Shown: positions 11,062-23,136, counted from the first letter of the whole stretch. The stretch: DNA of 63,876 bases, filler included, from Licmophora abbreviata (GCA_900291995.1; 13 parts of 13 records of this genome joined end to end with filler, not necessarily neighbours in it), one strand, 5' to 3'. A program made the numbers and translations. Notes: a model not told the origin generated them from the sequence alone.

Positions 11062-11646
11062 CTACAAGAACTGTGCAATCCATTGAAAGGCCTCTTGGTA
11101 TCCTTCACCTCGCATGACGGATATTCGAAAGACATTGAGTTTCTTGTCATCGCCATGCTGCAAGCGGACCAACTCTCCGTACCCAATCCGCTGACAGATC
11201 ACATCCGACGAGACAGCCGTCTCCAAATCACACTTGTTCAACAAAATGGCCACCGGCAATCCTTCCAAGACTCCATCTCCCAATAACGCATCGAGTTCGT
11301 AGCCGGCTTCGTCGATGCGTTCGTCATCGGCAGCGTCAATGATGAAGAGGACAGCACTGCATTCACAGACGTAGTCTTGCCACAAGTGCCGTACTGCTTC
11401 ATGTCCTCCTAGATCCCAGGCCTTTAAGGATACTCCTTGAAAAGTAAAGGATTCGGTGTTGTGCGGTCGGTCTGTTGGAGGAAAGGTTCGGAGGGAGCCT
11501 GTGCGGAGTCGGTGCAGTAAGGTGGTCTTTCCGGCATTGTCAAGACCCAAGAGCAGGAGTGTACCTTCTTTGTTTTTCAAGCCCAAGGAATACCACAGTT
11601 TATTGAGAAATGACACGAAATACGAGTAAAACGACGACGACGACAT
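11062..11646 (-). CDS. SAR1: Sar1-family small GTPase (divergent paralog)
   Basis: GLDNAGKTTLL P-loop, Sar1-specific DLGGH, NKCD, and C-terminal GYQEAFQWI. Confidence 0.85.
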   Translation of the reverse strand: MSSSSFYSYFVSFLNKLWYSLGLKNKEGTLLLLGLDNAGKTTLLHRLRTGSLRTFPPTDRPHNTESFTFQGVSLKAWDLGGHEAVRHLWQDYVCECSAVLFIIDAADDERIDEAGYELDALLGDGVLEGLPVAILLNKCDLETAVSSDVICQRIGYGELVRLQHGDDKKLNVFRISVMRGEGYQEAFQWIAQFL

Positions 11647-12239
11647 ATGGCTGCTGCGGACCGATGAATGACAGACAAGAAATGAAACGAACTGGATTTC
11701 GTGTTTGAACGATCTCTTGGACGGAAATGGATCTCAAGGGAAAGATCGGTGATCAATGCACTCGATGACACGAGTTTGTAAAGGAGTCAGTTAGTCAGTT
11801 CGTCGAGAGGAAGCGAAAGAGGAGGGTCATTGCCTGCACTGTGTGTTTTGTTGCTCAATTGTGGTGTGAAGGTTCAGGCGCGATGATGTGACTCGAAAAA
11901 GCATGCAAGACTCTATCACTTCCGGGTCTCTCCTTGGTGCGAGGTCCTTTCGACAAAAACCTGTTGTCCCCATCTTCAATCTGTCCGTTTCCGGNNNNNN
12001 NNNNNNNNNNNNNNNNNNNNNNNNNNNNNNNNNNNNNNTTAATTAATTAANNNNNNNNNNNNNNNNNNNNNNNNNNNNNNNNNNNNNNNNNNNNCGTGTC
12101 TCGTACACTTCTACGCTCAATCGCACTAGAGTTCCTACCTGAACACGTTTTCTAATAGCGTGAGGAAGAAAACCTCGCACCCCGCCGGTCAAACATTTAT
12201 CTTTTGCCCACAAGACGAAGAGAGTTAGTGGACGACACG

Positions 12240-15203
12240 ATGCCGACTTTGGTCGAAGCGCTCACCGCTGCTTCCCAAGCAAGTACGTTCCTGAGTGCAC
12301 TGTTCATGTTAATGTGGTGGGGGGACGAAAAGAGAGTGGAAACGATGGATTTTGATGTGAAAATGGGCCGAATGCAGGAAAGCCTTACATTCAGCCACGG
12401 TGTCGGGCGTCCACGTCACATCCAGTAGAAGCTCTACGGCGACAGAGAACGAACTCAGATTCTCAGACTTCAGCTTGTGTTTGACAATCTGTCCTCCTTT
12501 TTCGTCTTCTCACATCTTGCATCCTGCTTTTCTCCGTCTCTCTTTACACAGACAAGCACGCGGAAGATGTCTTGGACAATATGGAAGCCTCCAATCGGGC
12601 AGACTTCGCCGTACAGCTAGCCAAGGTCCTGGCCACCGAGGGCGTCGTGGTACCAGCGCGCCAGCTGGCAGGCATCAAGTTCAAAAACATGCTCGTTGCC
12701 AAAAATGAGGCTCTCCAAAAGTCAAAGCTAGATCAGTGGAAACAGATGGATGCCGCCCTCCGAACGTCTTGCAAGCAGCCGCTTCTGGCTGCCCTCCAGA
12801 GTCCCGAGTACCCCGTCCGCCTCGTTGCCGCGCAGGCGGCATCTCAGGTCGCGGCCATTGAACTCCCTTTTCTCGAGTGGCCGGACTTTGTTCCTGCCAT
12901 TATGAAAAACGCATCCTCCCCCCAGACCCCCGACGGCGTCAAGGTCGCATCCTTGATGTGTCTTGGCTTCACGTGCGAACGACTTGCCGAACTCGACGAA
13001 GGAGAAATGCCGGAGGAAACCACCAACGCCATGCTCACGGCCATTGTCGACGGTATGCAAAAGACGCGCACCGACGATGTTCGAGCGGCGGCGGCTTCCG
13101 CTTTGCGAAACTCGCTTTTATTTTCGCAAAGCAACATGGACCGAAAGCCGGAGCGGGATGCCATTATGAACAATGTACATGATGCGGCCAAGGCTGCCAA
13201 TGTCAAGGTGCGCCTTGCCGCCTATCAGTGTCTTGTGCAGCTTGCTACTTTTTACTACAGTAAACTGGGAGAGTACATGACCGTCTTGTATCAGCTTACT
13301 GTGGAGACGATTGAGAAGGATGAAGAAGAAGTTGCGATTCAGGCTTTGGAATTCTGGTCGTCCATTTGCGAGGAGGAGATGGAGTTGTTGGACGAGGCGG
13401 CCGATCTGGCGGCGCAGAATTTGCCGGTCGAACGCCAATGCAATAACTTTGTTTCCGCGGCAGTGCAACATTTGGTACCCATCTTATTGGCAGCCATGAC
13501 GAAGCAAGATGAAGATGCGGACCAGGATGATGAAACTAATAATCGTAGTACTGCCGCGGCTGTCTGTTTACGGCTTGTGGCACAGACTGTCGAAGGCTTG
13601 GTGGTTCCTTGCGTCATGCCCTTTGTCACCCAAAATATCCAGAATCAGGAAAATTGGCGATACCGAGAAGCCTCCATTATGGCATTTGCGGCTGTCCTCG
13701 AGGGACCGGCTCCAGAAGAGATGCGGCAGTCTGTCGCACAGAGTATTCCGGTGCTGCTGGCTTCCTTGACGGATGAGCACGCTCTGGTGAGAGAGTCAGC
13801 GGCGTACACGATTGCCCAGATTTGCTCGTTCCACGTTGAATCGATTCCGCAAGACGTACTTCCCACCCTGGTGAATACTCTTCTGGAGCGCACGATCAAG
13901 GAGCCTCCGCGAGCTGCATATCAGGGTTGCTCGGCGATTCACAACTTGGCGGATGCCATCAATCGAAAATCGCCCGAGGATGCGCCCACGAACGCACTGA
14001 GCAAGTTCTTGCCGGCCCTACTGCAAGCCATGTTGCAGGTTGTGGATCGCCAGGACGCTGATGAGCATTCCCTACGAGTAACAGCCATGGAAACAGTTAC
14101 CGTCATGGTTGAAGCGTCGGCCCCCGACATGAAACCAGTGCTGTTGCAACTGACTCCTGTAATTGTCGAGCGATTGAAAGCATCCTTTTCGATCCCAACT
14201 TTGACAAACGAGGAGCGGGAGAAAAAGGAGAGCTATCAAGGACACTTGTGTGGTACTGTTCAGATGCTGTGCATGAAAATGACAAAAGAAGAGTTTAATC
14301 AGTATTCAAATGACTGCATGCATATCTTCTTGCAAGTTCTGCAAGGCAAGAACTCGACGTCGCATGAGGAAGCCTTTTCGGCTATTTCGGCAGTGATCAA
14401 CAACCAAGAAGCTGATTTTGAGGTAAAGTGTGCTTATTTGTCAGTTGCTTAGGAAACGAATGCTTTGTTTATTCCTTCCTTACTGATCTTTGTCTTTGCT
14501 TCGTGAATCACAGAAATACATGCCTGCCTTCCAGCCCTTCTTGATTGCCGGTCTGCGGAATTACGAAGCGTACCAGGTATGCGGCTGTGCTGTGAGCGTC
14601 GTGGGGGATATCACACGTGCCATCGAGCGAAAGATAGAACCGTATTGCCGAGATATCATGTCTGCACTTGTTGAAACGTTGAAGGACGCATCACTGCACC
14701 GCAGCGTGAAGCCCCCCGTCTTTATGGCTTTTGGTGACATTGCGCTTGCTATAGAGGGAGCGTATGCCCCTTATCTGCAGATGTCGATGATGCTTCTCAT
14801 GCAGGCATCCAATGTTGACGCCAATGACGAGGAATTGATTGAGTACGTAAACGAATTGCGGGAGGGAATTTTGGAGGGATTTACTGGCATTGTCACTGGC
14901 CTTCGCGACGGACAGCAAGTTGACAGTCTCGGCCCCTACGTGAGTCAAATTTTGGATTTTCTTCGAAAGATCGAAGCAGATCCCAATCGTGACAATGCTG
15001 TCCTGGGAAAAGCCATCGGGCTTCTTGGGGACATTGCTTCCGCGCTGAGCTCGCAGCCCGTGGCCATGCAAGTCAAGGAACAGGTTAGTCAACCATATGC
15101 TGTAGGTCTGATCACTGCTGGGCAACAGACTGGCGACGAAGCCATCGTTGAAAGCGCCAGCTGGGCTGCGGAGGTCATTCAACGACTGATGCAAAGTCAT
15201 TGA
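12240..15203 (+). CDS. KPNB1: Importin subunit beta-1; exons 12240-12282, 12552-14422, 14514-15203
   Basis: IBN_N/HEAT-repeat protein with RQLAGIKFKN, QALEFWSSICEEE, WRYREASIMAF, HEEAF and RSVKPP motifs. GT-AG introns 12283-12551 and 14423-14513 keep the frame. Confidence 0.93.
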
Positions 15204-15730
15204 ACCTGACTACGACTACTTTCGGTCTTCATTCGACCAGGCAACGTTTGTCTTGGTGGGGTGGACGCCGACCATACTCTGCTAGGGAGGCCGACGCACT
15301 GAGCTTCGACAGCGTTACGAAGCTTGCTGCCTCGTCCTTCCACTCTAATAAACTAGCTTGACTTAGACTAACTCAAGACGCCTGACCGACTCTACAATCT
15401 CTTCATGCTCTACAAATATGCTGTCGACAAAGGGGGTGGACAAGGCACCAGCGATCCCAGCACTTGTACCGGTACCTGTAGGCTACCTTCAAATATGGAG
15501 CGTGGCCGCGTCTCCCCAGCACTTGATGTTGTTCAGTGCTACCTGGTACGGCAAGAGCCGCGAGCTGGGACAGAGAGAGAGGTAGCGCACGCCGCTCGGA
15601 ACTCAACGATATCAAAAAAGGAAATGTATCCGCCTCTGCACCTGTCCTACTAATATTATTATGTGCAAGGTGTCGTCCTGTATCCCGGACAGAGTAGTGG
15701 ACAGAGAAAAGGGGACGTTTATGCCAAGAC

Positions 15731-18700
15731 CTAAAAACATGGTACATCAACCTCGGTCGTTGATTCCGGAACATCATCGCGCAACGGAATTTCAGGAAGC
15801 TCCGCAGCGAAGAAGTACCGCTGCGACGCACTGCTCTTATTGCCAAAGATCTCGTCGTGCCATGGGTCTCTCCGCATAAGAGAGTGACTTGCTGCACCGA
15901 CTATCCGGGAAAGGCCTGCGCCGGTTGCACTATGCTGACCAAGAAGAGCTACAAGGCTAGGCTCGCCTTGCTTCCCCTCTTCCAACTTCATAGCCCGAGA
16001 GGTCTCCCGACACTGTTGCGAGAGAACTGTATTGCCCATGGCTGTCGCCACATGACCCCATAATTCCCAAACTTTGGAATTCCCTCCGGGCATGACGTTC
16101 TCTTTCAAACACAGGGCGATGCAATGCTGTGCAAGCTCTAGTTCCCCACGACTGTATTGCAAACGGGCAATAGAATAGAGAATAGACGAGCGAAGCTTGG
16201 CGCCGCCCTCGCCGGATTCCGTCATTCGCAGGGCATTGTCAAACAACACTTCAGCTTGTGCTAGGTTGCCGAGGTGCCATTCACACACGGCCCAAGAATG
16301 ATACAGTCCGGCCATGCCGCAGCGATTCGCGAGACCTCCGTCGGAGCAAGATGACATAGCCTGCGCACCGCGAAATAGAATCTTTCTTGCTTTCTGGTAA
16401 TTACCAAAGGACATTTCGTACTCGCCATATAGGCGATACGGATCAGAGTGCTGATTCTTGGCTCGGCGGCAAGCCCGAGCAAAAAGCGATCGAGCTTTAT
16501 CCACAAGGCTGTGCTTGGCATAGTATTGGGCCCAATTGACCATCAGCTTCCAGTCGTACGGAAAGGCAAACGAAGCACGAGTGTAAACTTCGTCGACTGT
16601 TTCAGGACTTCCATGGGTTTCTTCTAGTCGCGCCCAGTTGCGAAACACGTGTACAAACTTATCCCCCGACCGATACTGAGGTACTGTGTGAAACAAGTCC
16701 TCCTTCCTGGCCAAAAGATCTTCCATAGACGCCAACGCCAGTTTTTCTTTGTCGGCCTTCTTGACAGCACGAACAGGGCTCCCTGAACTTGCCGCCGCCG
16801 CCGCCTGTTTCCATCGTTTCCGAAAGTTGTCCTTGCGTTGCAAGAGTCCTCGTTCGTATTGCGAAATCGCTCCAATGCAAATTCCACGCGCCGCGTCGAC
16901 ATGCCCAATGGCCTCTTCCATTTGCGCTAGAGCCACCCATCCTTGACTGTGCCGTCCATCGTTCAAAGACACGCTCCGACGCAGCCAAGAGCGACAATCG
17001 TCGACACGGCCATGTTCGTACGCCACATAAGCCAACGCTGTGTAGGCAAAGCAACGGCTCACGGGAGGACCGAGTTCCAAGGCACGCCGATAGGAACGTT
17101 CGGCGGAATCCAACATTTTCGCTTCGCGGTACAAATCACCCAGCGCATGATGGAGCCGGTGGTTCTTTGGACAGTATTCAATACCTCCTTTGAGAACCTT
17201 TTTGGCTACAGCAATGCGTCCCTGCATGTGTTCCAGTGTCCCGAGTGCATGGTACGGGTGTGGTAGCTGTGGATCAACCCGAATCGCTTGTTGATAGCAG
17301 CGACGAGCGTCGTCAACCGCCCCGAGATTGTTTTCTAGCTGTCCCAAGCCATGCCAGAGGAACCCGTTTTGAGGTACAAGGCGCAGTCCCTCCTGTAATA
17401 TCGCTCGTGCTTCATCCACGTGACCTTCTTCCGACTGCATACGAGCCAATCGACGGTAGAGTCTGCCATCCTGCGGCGTGGCTTTGAGCAGCGTCTGCAA
17501 AAGAGTTTTGGCAGCCTCCCGGTCTCCAGCTTGGTCGGCCAGTTTACTGGCATAGTAGAGCTGTTTGACATCTCGATTGGAGTACTGGGAAGAGGGGGCC
17601 TCATAGGCTTTTTGAAGATAGGAGCGATAGTCGAGTGGCTTGGGAGGAGAAGATTTGTTCTTCTTGGGTGGCACCTTTGTGGCCTTGTGCTTGTCGCGTC
17701 GGATGGCTTGGCGGCGATTGCGAAGCGGTTCCACGTCCACATTGCGAGCCCATTCGGCCAACGAATTTGCTTCGAGGCGTGGTGGTGGGTCAATCTTCTT
17801 GTTTGCCACTGATGACTTGTCCGTAGAACGAAGTGGACGATCCTTATTCAATGGCGATGAGGAGGAGGAGGAGGATGAGTAGACATCCGAAAGAGCCATG
17901 CCCATGTTCCACTGGGGTTTGGCACCTCGTTCTGCAATACGCTGGTGATGCTGGTGTTGTGTCCATTCCCACAATCGTTCCTGTAAGTCTGCCTTGCGCC
18001 CCGACTAGAGTGGGAGAAAAAGGGCATGAAGGCTGTAAGTGAAAACGACCCGTGCAATGAGAGCCACAAGAATTTCCTGTGTTCGAGCGTCGTACCTTTG
18101 TGAGACCCCGCTCGTCGCAGGCCTGTTTGAGCTCCACTACTTTCAAAGTAGCAATCTGCGCCCTAGTAGGTATCCAGGGAAGCCAAGCTGGGATGGCAGT
18201 CTTGCGAAAGAGCGAAAGGGGCACAGAATTCTTCTTGATGGGACTGTTGCCGGAGCTTTCTTCCACGTTCCAAGTGTCGGGATCGACATTGCTAGGCCTT
18301 CGTGCCATGTTCAAAGAGGAAGAGTAGACGTCAAACCCGAGCCTTTTGTCTTTCTTTTCTTGATCTGGCTGGAGGTAGGCCGACTCCTCGTCTGGTCCAG
18401 GCGGCGCTGTTCCTCCCGTGGCGCGGCCTCCGTATCGTCCGTCCGGTGCTACGAGCACGACGGTCTGCCGTGAGTTCAAAAACATGGTGGGCGGCATATC
18501 CGTGACGTGCTGCTGTTGCTGCTTTGTCAGCAGTGGTGGTGGCCTACTAGCCCTAAGCAGTAGTTCCAGACTCGCCTGTGGCGTCGAAGCCAGGTGCAGT
18601 GGAGACGAAGAGGCAAAGGCAGTCGTCGCAGACGAAGAAGAAGCGTACGACTCGCCGCAGGCAGGCAGCGTGGCGGCCATGGCGGCGAGCCAGCACTTGG

Positions 18701-18737
18701 ACGGCCTCCTCCGTCTCGTTCGCGACTTTCTATTCAT
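15731..18737 (-). CDS. Probably plastid-targeted SAP-domain + HAT/TPR-repeat RNA-binding protein (Mbb1/HCF107-like); exons 18737-18096 and 18004-15731
   Basis: Many HAT/TPR repeats (LWHGLGQLE, YHALGTLE, WVALAQME, RNWARLE, HSWAVCE). Intron 18005-18095 rebuilds the SAP motif LKVVELKQACDERGLTK|SGRKADLQERLW. Signal-like N-terminus with a TAF motif. Confidence 0.8.
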
Positions 18738-19092
18738 CGTGCTACTCTTTAGACAGATGCGCTGCACAGGCTTGCAAAGAGGATCCCCTAGTCTGTTCGC
18801 AGGGCTTCTCCGATTGATGAGAATTGTGTAATGTTCTCTCACTCTGACTGATGGCGCCCGCGGGTGAGAGTGTGAATGTGACGAAGCGCTCTGCGCCTGC
18901 AGAACTCCAGCTGGCAGCACGACCTTTTTCAACGCGGGGCAGAATCTATCATACTCGCCTCTCGTATGGCTAGAAGCCAGTACACTTTCTACAAAGGCGA
19001 AGCCGAATTTCGATAGCGAAAGGCGGCGTCATCCATTCATCGCGCACCTGTCTGTCCGCCGTCTCCGTGAGGGCGGATGGATTTTATATTTT

Positions 19093-20523
19093 ATGACAAC
19101 GTTCAAACACTTCCAAAACTGTGTGCAGGTACACATCATGGTGGCGATGAGACAAGCTACAAGCCAAACCATTGCTCTTCTACTGCCTATTGCTCTGCTG
19201 ACATTGACCTGTCTTGTCATTGATGGCTTTCAAGTCTCGTGCGTTCCTCCCGTGTGTTCTTCAACGACGACGAGCACACGATGTACACTGCGGACACGGC
19301 AAGGTACCCAGCGCATGACGACGACGACGACGACGCGAATCTTCCTCTCCCAATCATCATCCGACAACGAAGTTCATCGTCAAAGAAAAGAATCCAAAGT
19401 AGACAGCCAGAAGAAATGGCGACTCTGTGCTGCAGCAGCCATCTTGAACTCATCCTCCGATCAACTTCTGCTAGGCAAGCGTGTGAATTTTGATTCGGTC
19501 TGGCAGTGCCCGCAAGGCGGACTGGAAGATCAGCATCAAGAGACCGTCCAAGAGGCTGCTGTGCGCGAACTCTACGAAGAGATGGGTCTCGTCGTGGGTC
19601 AACATGTGGAACTGCTTGCGGACGAGCTGCCGCCGGTGCGGTATACCTCGCGTGGTACAGACGCATGGATGGAGCGAGCCGGCTTCCAAGGACAGGAGTT
19701 GCACTGGGTCTTGTTTCGATGGATTGACACTGACTGCGAGATGAATCCAGACCGTGTGTGTGATTTGAAAGGACTCAACGGTGAGACTGCCGAGTTTTCA
19801 GCTGTTGCATGGTCTACTGTGGAGGAAATGCTCGAGAATGTTCAGGACAAAAAGAGAAATGCTTATGAGGTTCTGGCGAAGGTACTGAGAGCCAAGAGGG
19901 GCGAAGATCAGGACGACTTGCTCGACAACGATGACAATGCACGGTCACAGTTTGGGACTCGCGAATACTGGAATAGTGTATACATTGGACAGGGGGACTT
20001 TCCAATGGATGAGTACTCATGGTACTATGGTTGGAATACGATCAAGCCTTTCTGGCTCAGCGCTGTGCCCGACAAGAATTCAAATGTTCTGCTTCCAGGG
20101 ATCGGCAATGACTCCATACTTTTGGATCTATTCGGTTCCGGTTACCAGACCTTGACGGCGTTTGACTACTCACATCACGCTATCGAACGCCAACGAGATC
20201 TCCTATCTTTCGAACAGAAAGCGCTTGATTCGGTAGACTTGCGGCAAATGGATGCCAGGAGCCTTGATTCTTCATGGACAAAGAAATTTGATGCCATTCT
20301 AGAAAAGGGGGCACTCGATGCGATATACCTGTCGGGTGACGGAAATGTGGAACGGGCCGTCAACGAGATTAGGCGAGTCCTTAGACCAGGAGGAATCCTG
20401 GTCAGCGTTTCAGGGGTCGTTCCAGAGGAGCTCCGACGAGAATTGTTCGTCGACTGGGAGTGGCTAAGAGATGGGAAGGAGGACTTGCAGGCTGGCTGTT
20501 TTATTCTCCGCTTGAAGGCTTGA
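19093..20523 (+). CDS. Nudix hydrolase (RppH/Ap4A-hydrolase-like) fused to a class I SAM methyltransferase (METTL13/EEF1AKMT4-like); probable plastid presequence
   Basis: Nudix box WQCPQGGLE...EAAVRELYEEMGL, plus GQELHW and EFSAVAW. The C-terminal half has FGTREYWNSVY, YSWY, VLLPGIGN, DYS, FDAILEKGALDAI and RVLRPGG. Single uninterrupted ORF; true start may be ATG 19138 or 19147. Confidence 0.85.
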   Translation: MTTFKHFQNCVQVHIMVAMRQATSQTIALLLPIALLTLTCLVIDGFQVSCVPPVCSSTTTSTRCTLRTRQGTQRMTTTTTTRIFLSQSSSDNEVHRQRKESKVDSQKKWRLCAAAAILNSSSDQLLLGKRVNFDSVWQCPQGGLEDQHQETVQEAAVRELYEEMGLVVGQHVELLADELPPVRYTSRGTDAWMERAGFQGQELHWVLFRWIDTDCEMNPDRVCDLKGLNGETAEFSAVAWSTVEEMLENVQDKKRNAYEVLAKVLRAKRGEDQDDLLDNDDNARSQFGTREYWNSVYIGQGDFPMDEYSWYYGWNTIKPFWLSAVPDKNSNVLLPGIGNDSILLDLFGSGYQTLTAFDYSHHAIERQRDLLSFEQKALDSVDLRQMDARSLDSSWTKKFDAILEKGALDAIYLSGDGNVERAVNEIRRVLRPGGILVSVSGVVPEELRRELFVDWEWLRDGKEDLQAGCFILRLKA

Positions 20524-20862
20524 TCAATTTGCACTCTGCTTCCTGGTTAAGGTGGTCGCTCGATGGCACGGACGTCGCTCAGCCTGGCCACAGCACCGCT
20601 GTACCTGTACAAATCTCCAATTGTAGTTTGGTGCAAGAACATCTGAACCATACCAGAAAAAAAAGCAATCAACCAAAAAACATAGATAGGTTGTCTTATG
20701 GAGGTACTATCGAGTTATCATGACATCACCGGGTATCAGGGGGGTTTCTTATCAACGCTACAGGCACTATGCAAATAATGAGTGGGAGTTCGTAGCATTC
20801 GTAGCTCTGGAGATGCTCTGTTCAGGCTGTTCAAAGCCTTTCGCATCAAGAACTGTGAAGTC

Positions 20863-21541
20863 TTAGTGTGTCTCGGGGCAAAGCACTAAGATTACTTCTT
20901 GCAAATTGTTTCGTAGGATCGTTGTATTGACAATCAAATCCGCCTGAACAAGCTCACGTCTTGGACACAGGAAGTTCTTGTCGGAATTACAGCGTTCCAT
21001 GATGTCGACCAGTCGTGNNNNNNNNNNNNNNNNNNNNNNNNNNNNNNNNNNNNNNNNNNNNTTAATTAATTAANNNNNNNNNNNNNNNNNNNNNNNNNNN
21101 NNNNNNNNNNNNNNNNNCGATTGTGTTCCAGTCAACAGAGGATTGATTTGTGGATGGGTCCGGCACATCAAAGATCATCATGCCATCATGTTGAGAGAAA
21201 CAGACATTCGAGAAGTTGCAAAACCCGTGATCTGTGCAACCATGGAACTTGGGAGCTGGAAACTGGTCTGTTCCGAGCGCCATTGAATATTTCGTAAGGT
21301 AAGGCGAGTGCAACGGGTCCATCAGCGCTTCGACATCGTTGGTCTGCTCCTTGAACATGAACGAGGGAGGCTCCTCTTTGTCATGAAAGTCTAGGAGCAG
21401 TAGCCATTGACGATGGGCAACGAAAATGAACAGTCCTGATAGGAAGGCAGCAATAGCCATCAGTGAGCCAATCCTGCGATGCCTCGGAATCCGCTTCGAA
21501 GGGGTACTTCTATGAAGCAAACGATTTCTCCAATGAGTCAT
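20863..21541 (-). CDS. Type II membrane protein, glycosyltransferase (GT61-like) candidate; middle missing in the assembly gap
   Basis: N-terminal TM anchor followed by CNFSNVCF. After the gap a frame reads RLVDIMERC...CPRRELVQADLIVN...* (stop 20863-20865). Confidence 0.45.
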
Positions 21542-21968
21542 GCTGGCAAAAATTCAGCTCACGAAGGACACTCAGTGCTGAACTCTGGACAGCGAACAGG
21601 GAAGATGTGGCCTCAAGCAAGCCATTTATCATACCAGGTACTGTACGATGGCATTACATTTCAAGACATACAAATGAGGCCGACCGTGAGACTGATGAGA
21701 CGAAATAGACCACAACAAACACATTGAACATGTCTGCGTGAACTGGCGGATGGCGGCATCCAAAACCGCAAGCTATGGTACTATCAGTACACGAAAATGG
21801 AATCCGGAATTTACGTCAGCAACGTCAGATTGAAAGATACCATGGCCGAGCCGCGATGCTGGCTCCACCACAGCGGACCATGGCACTGACAGCGCAACAC
21901 AGCTGATGCAAACTCCAAGCGATCTTGTAGACTAACGTCGTCGTCTCGCTTGTTTACATTGTTTGTTA

Positions 21969-22649
21969 ATGGTCCCAATGGTATCAAAGTCCGAAAAGGG
22001 TGCGGTGGCATTCGCAGCGCCTTCCTTGGAACAGTCGACAGTGGAGACTCGATTGATGACAGGCGTCGCCACCACTGGTGGATCTCGTGGTTCGCTGTCA
22101 AAGGTTGCAGGACGATACCAGGGGTTTCTAAAGAGCTTCTTTCCATCGGAGGATTCTTCTCCTTCCGATGCTGATGGCATTGAGACATCCAAGCAAGAAC
22201 TCGAGCGGGAACTGCAGCTATACGCAGTCGAACTGCACAAGTGGATACTCGCGCATGACTCAGGGGAAGCCGAGCTCCTCTCGTTGGACCGGAGCTTGGA
22301 GTCGCTCAGGACAGAAGTCAGTCAGACGCGAGAAGAAATATCTGCTCTCAGACAAGAGCAGCAGCGGACGAAACAGGTTCGTAGCAATAAGGAGGAGTTT
22401 GAGTCCTTAGCCAAGTTGGCGAATCATCGTCAGCCCAGACACATGCTGGAACAAAAGCTGCAAACACTACAGCAAGAAACTCACCAGTTCCAGCAGCAGG
22501 ATAAAGAAGCTCAAACTGAGGTAGAGATCCGAGAAAAACAGCTCCAGCTGCTTCTGCAATGTATGATGGATCTGAAAGCGAGTGTATCAAATATGGAACA
22601 AGGTGAGGAGGAGGAGGAGGAAGGGGCAGTACCAATGGACACAAGTTGA
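21969..22649 (+). CDS. THOC7: THO complex subunit 7
   Basis: Coiled-coil protein with RSNKEEFESLAKL and EIREKQLQLLLQCMMDL, matching the THOC7 pattern. Confidence 0.75.
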   Translation: MVPMVSKSEKGAVAFAAPSLEQSTVETRLMTGVATTGGSRGSLSKVAGRYQGFLKSFFPSEDSSPSDADGIETSKQELERELQLYAVELHKWILAHDSGEAELLSLDRSLESLRTEVSQTREEISALRQEQQRTKQVRSNKEEFESLAKLANHRQPRHMLEQKLQTLQQETHQFQQQDKEAQTEVEIREKQLQLLLQCMMDLKASVSNMEQGEEEEEEGAVPMDTS

Positions 22650-23136
22650 TCGAGGCGGAATATGTGGGCTGCTGGTAGCGCAAAGAAGTACGTGGTAGAG
22701 GATACCTAGCCGCTTTGTTTGGACTGCCGTTCGTCTTGACTCTCGTTCGACGAGGGTTATCGGAACAGCTATCGTTTCGTTACTTGGAGTTACACGTTTC
22801 TTCGCGGAAAAAAATTCTTCGTTTGGGATCGAACAATCCCGGTCTATGATCTAGCACAGCCACGTAGAAGTTCGTTCTTGTTTAGGGCCAAGTGACCTGT
22901 AGGCAAAGCACTGCAATGTCATGACGGCGGGATGATCTCTTTCCGTCCAACATCATGGGCCATAAAGAACAGACCCCATCATGTACCTTCCGACGTACGT
23001 ACAACAGACCTTGTCCTTCTAGCCTTTCTTTTTTGACGTCTGTGATGACCATGAGATTGTCGACGAACAAAACACACATCGCACAAGCGGCGACGATGAT
23101 GGTGCTGCATCCCGATGACAGCGTCGTCGATGAATC

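Noticed and set aside
19318..19337. (ACG)n microsatellite
   Set aside because: Encodes a poly-Thr run in the transit-peptide-like region; ordinary low complexity.
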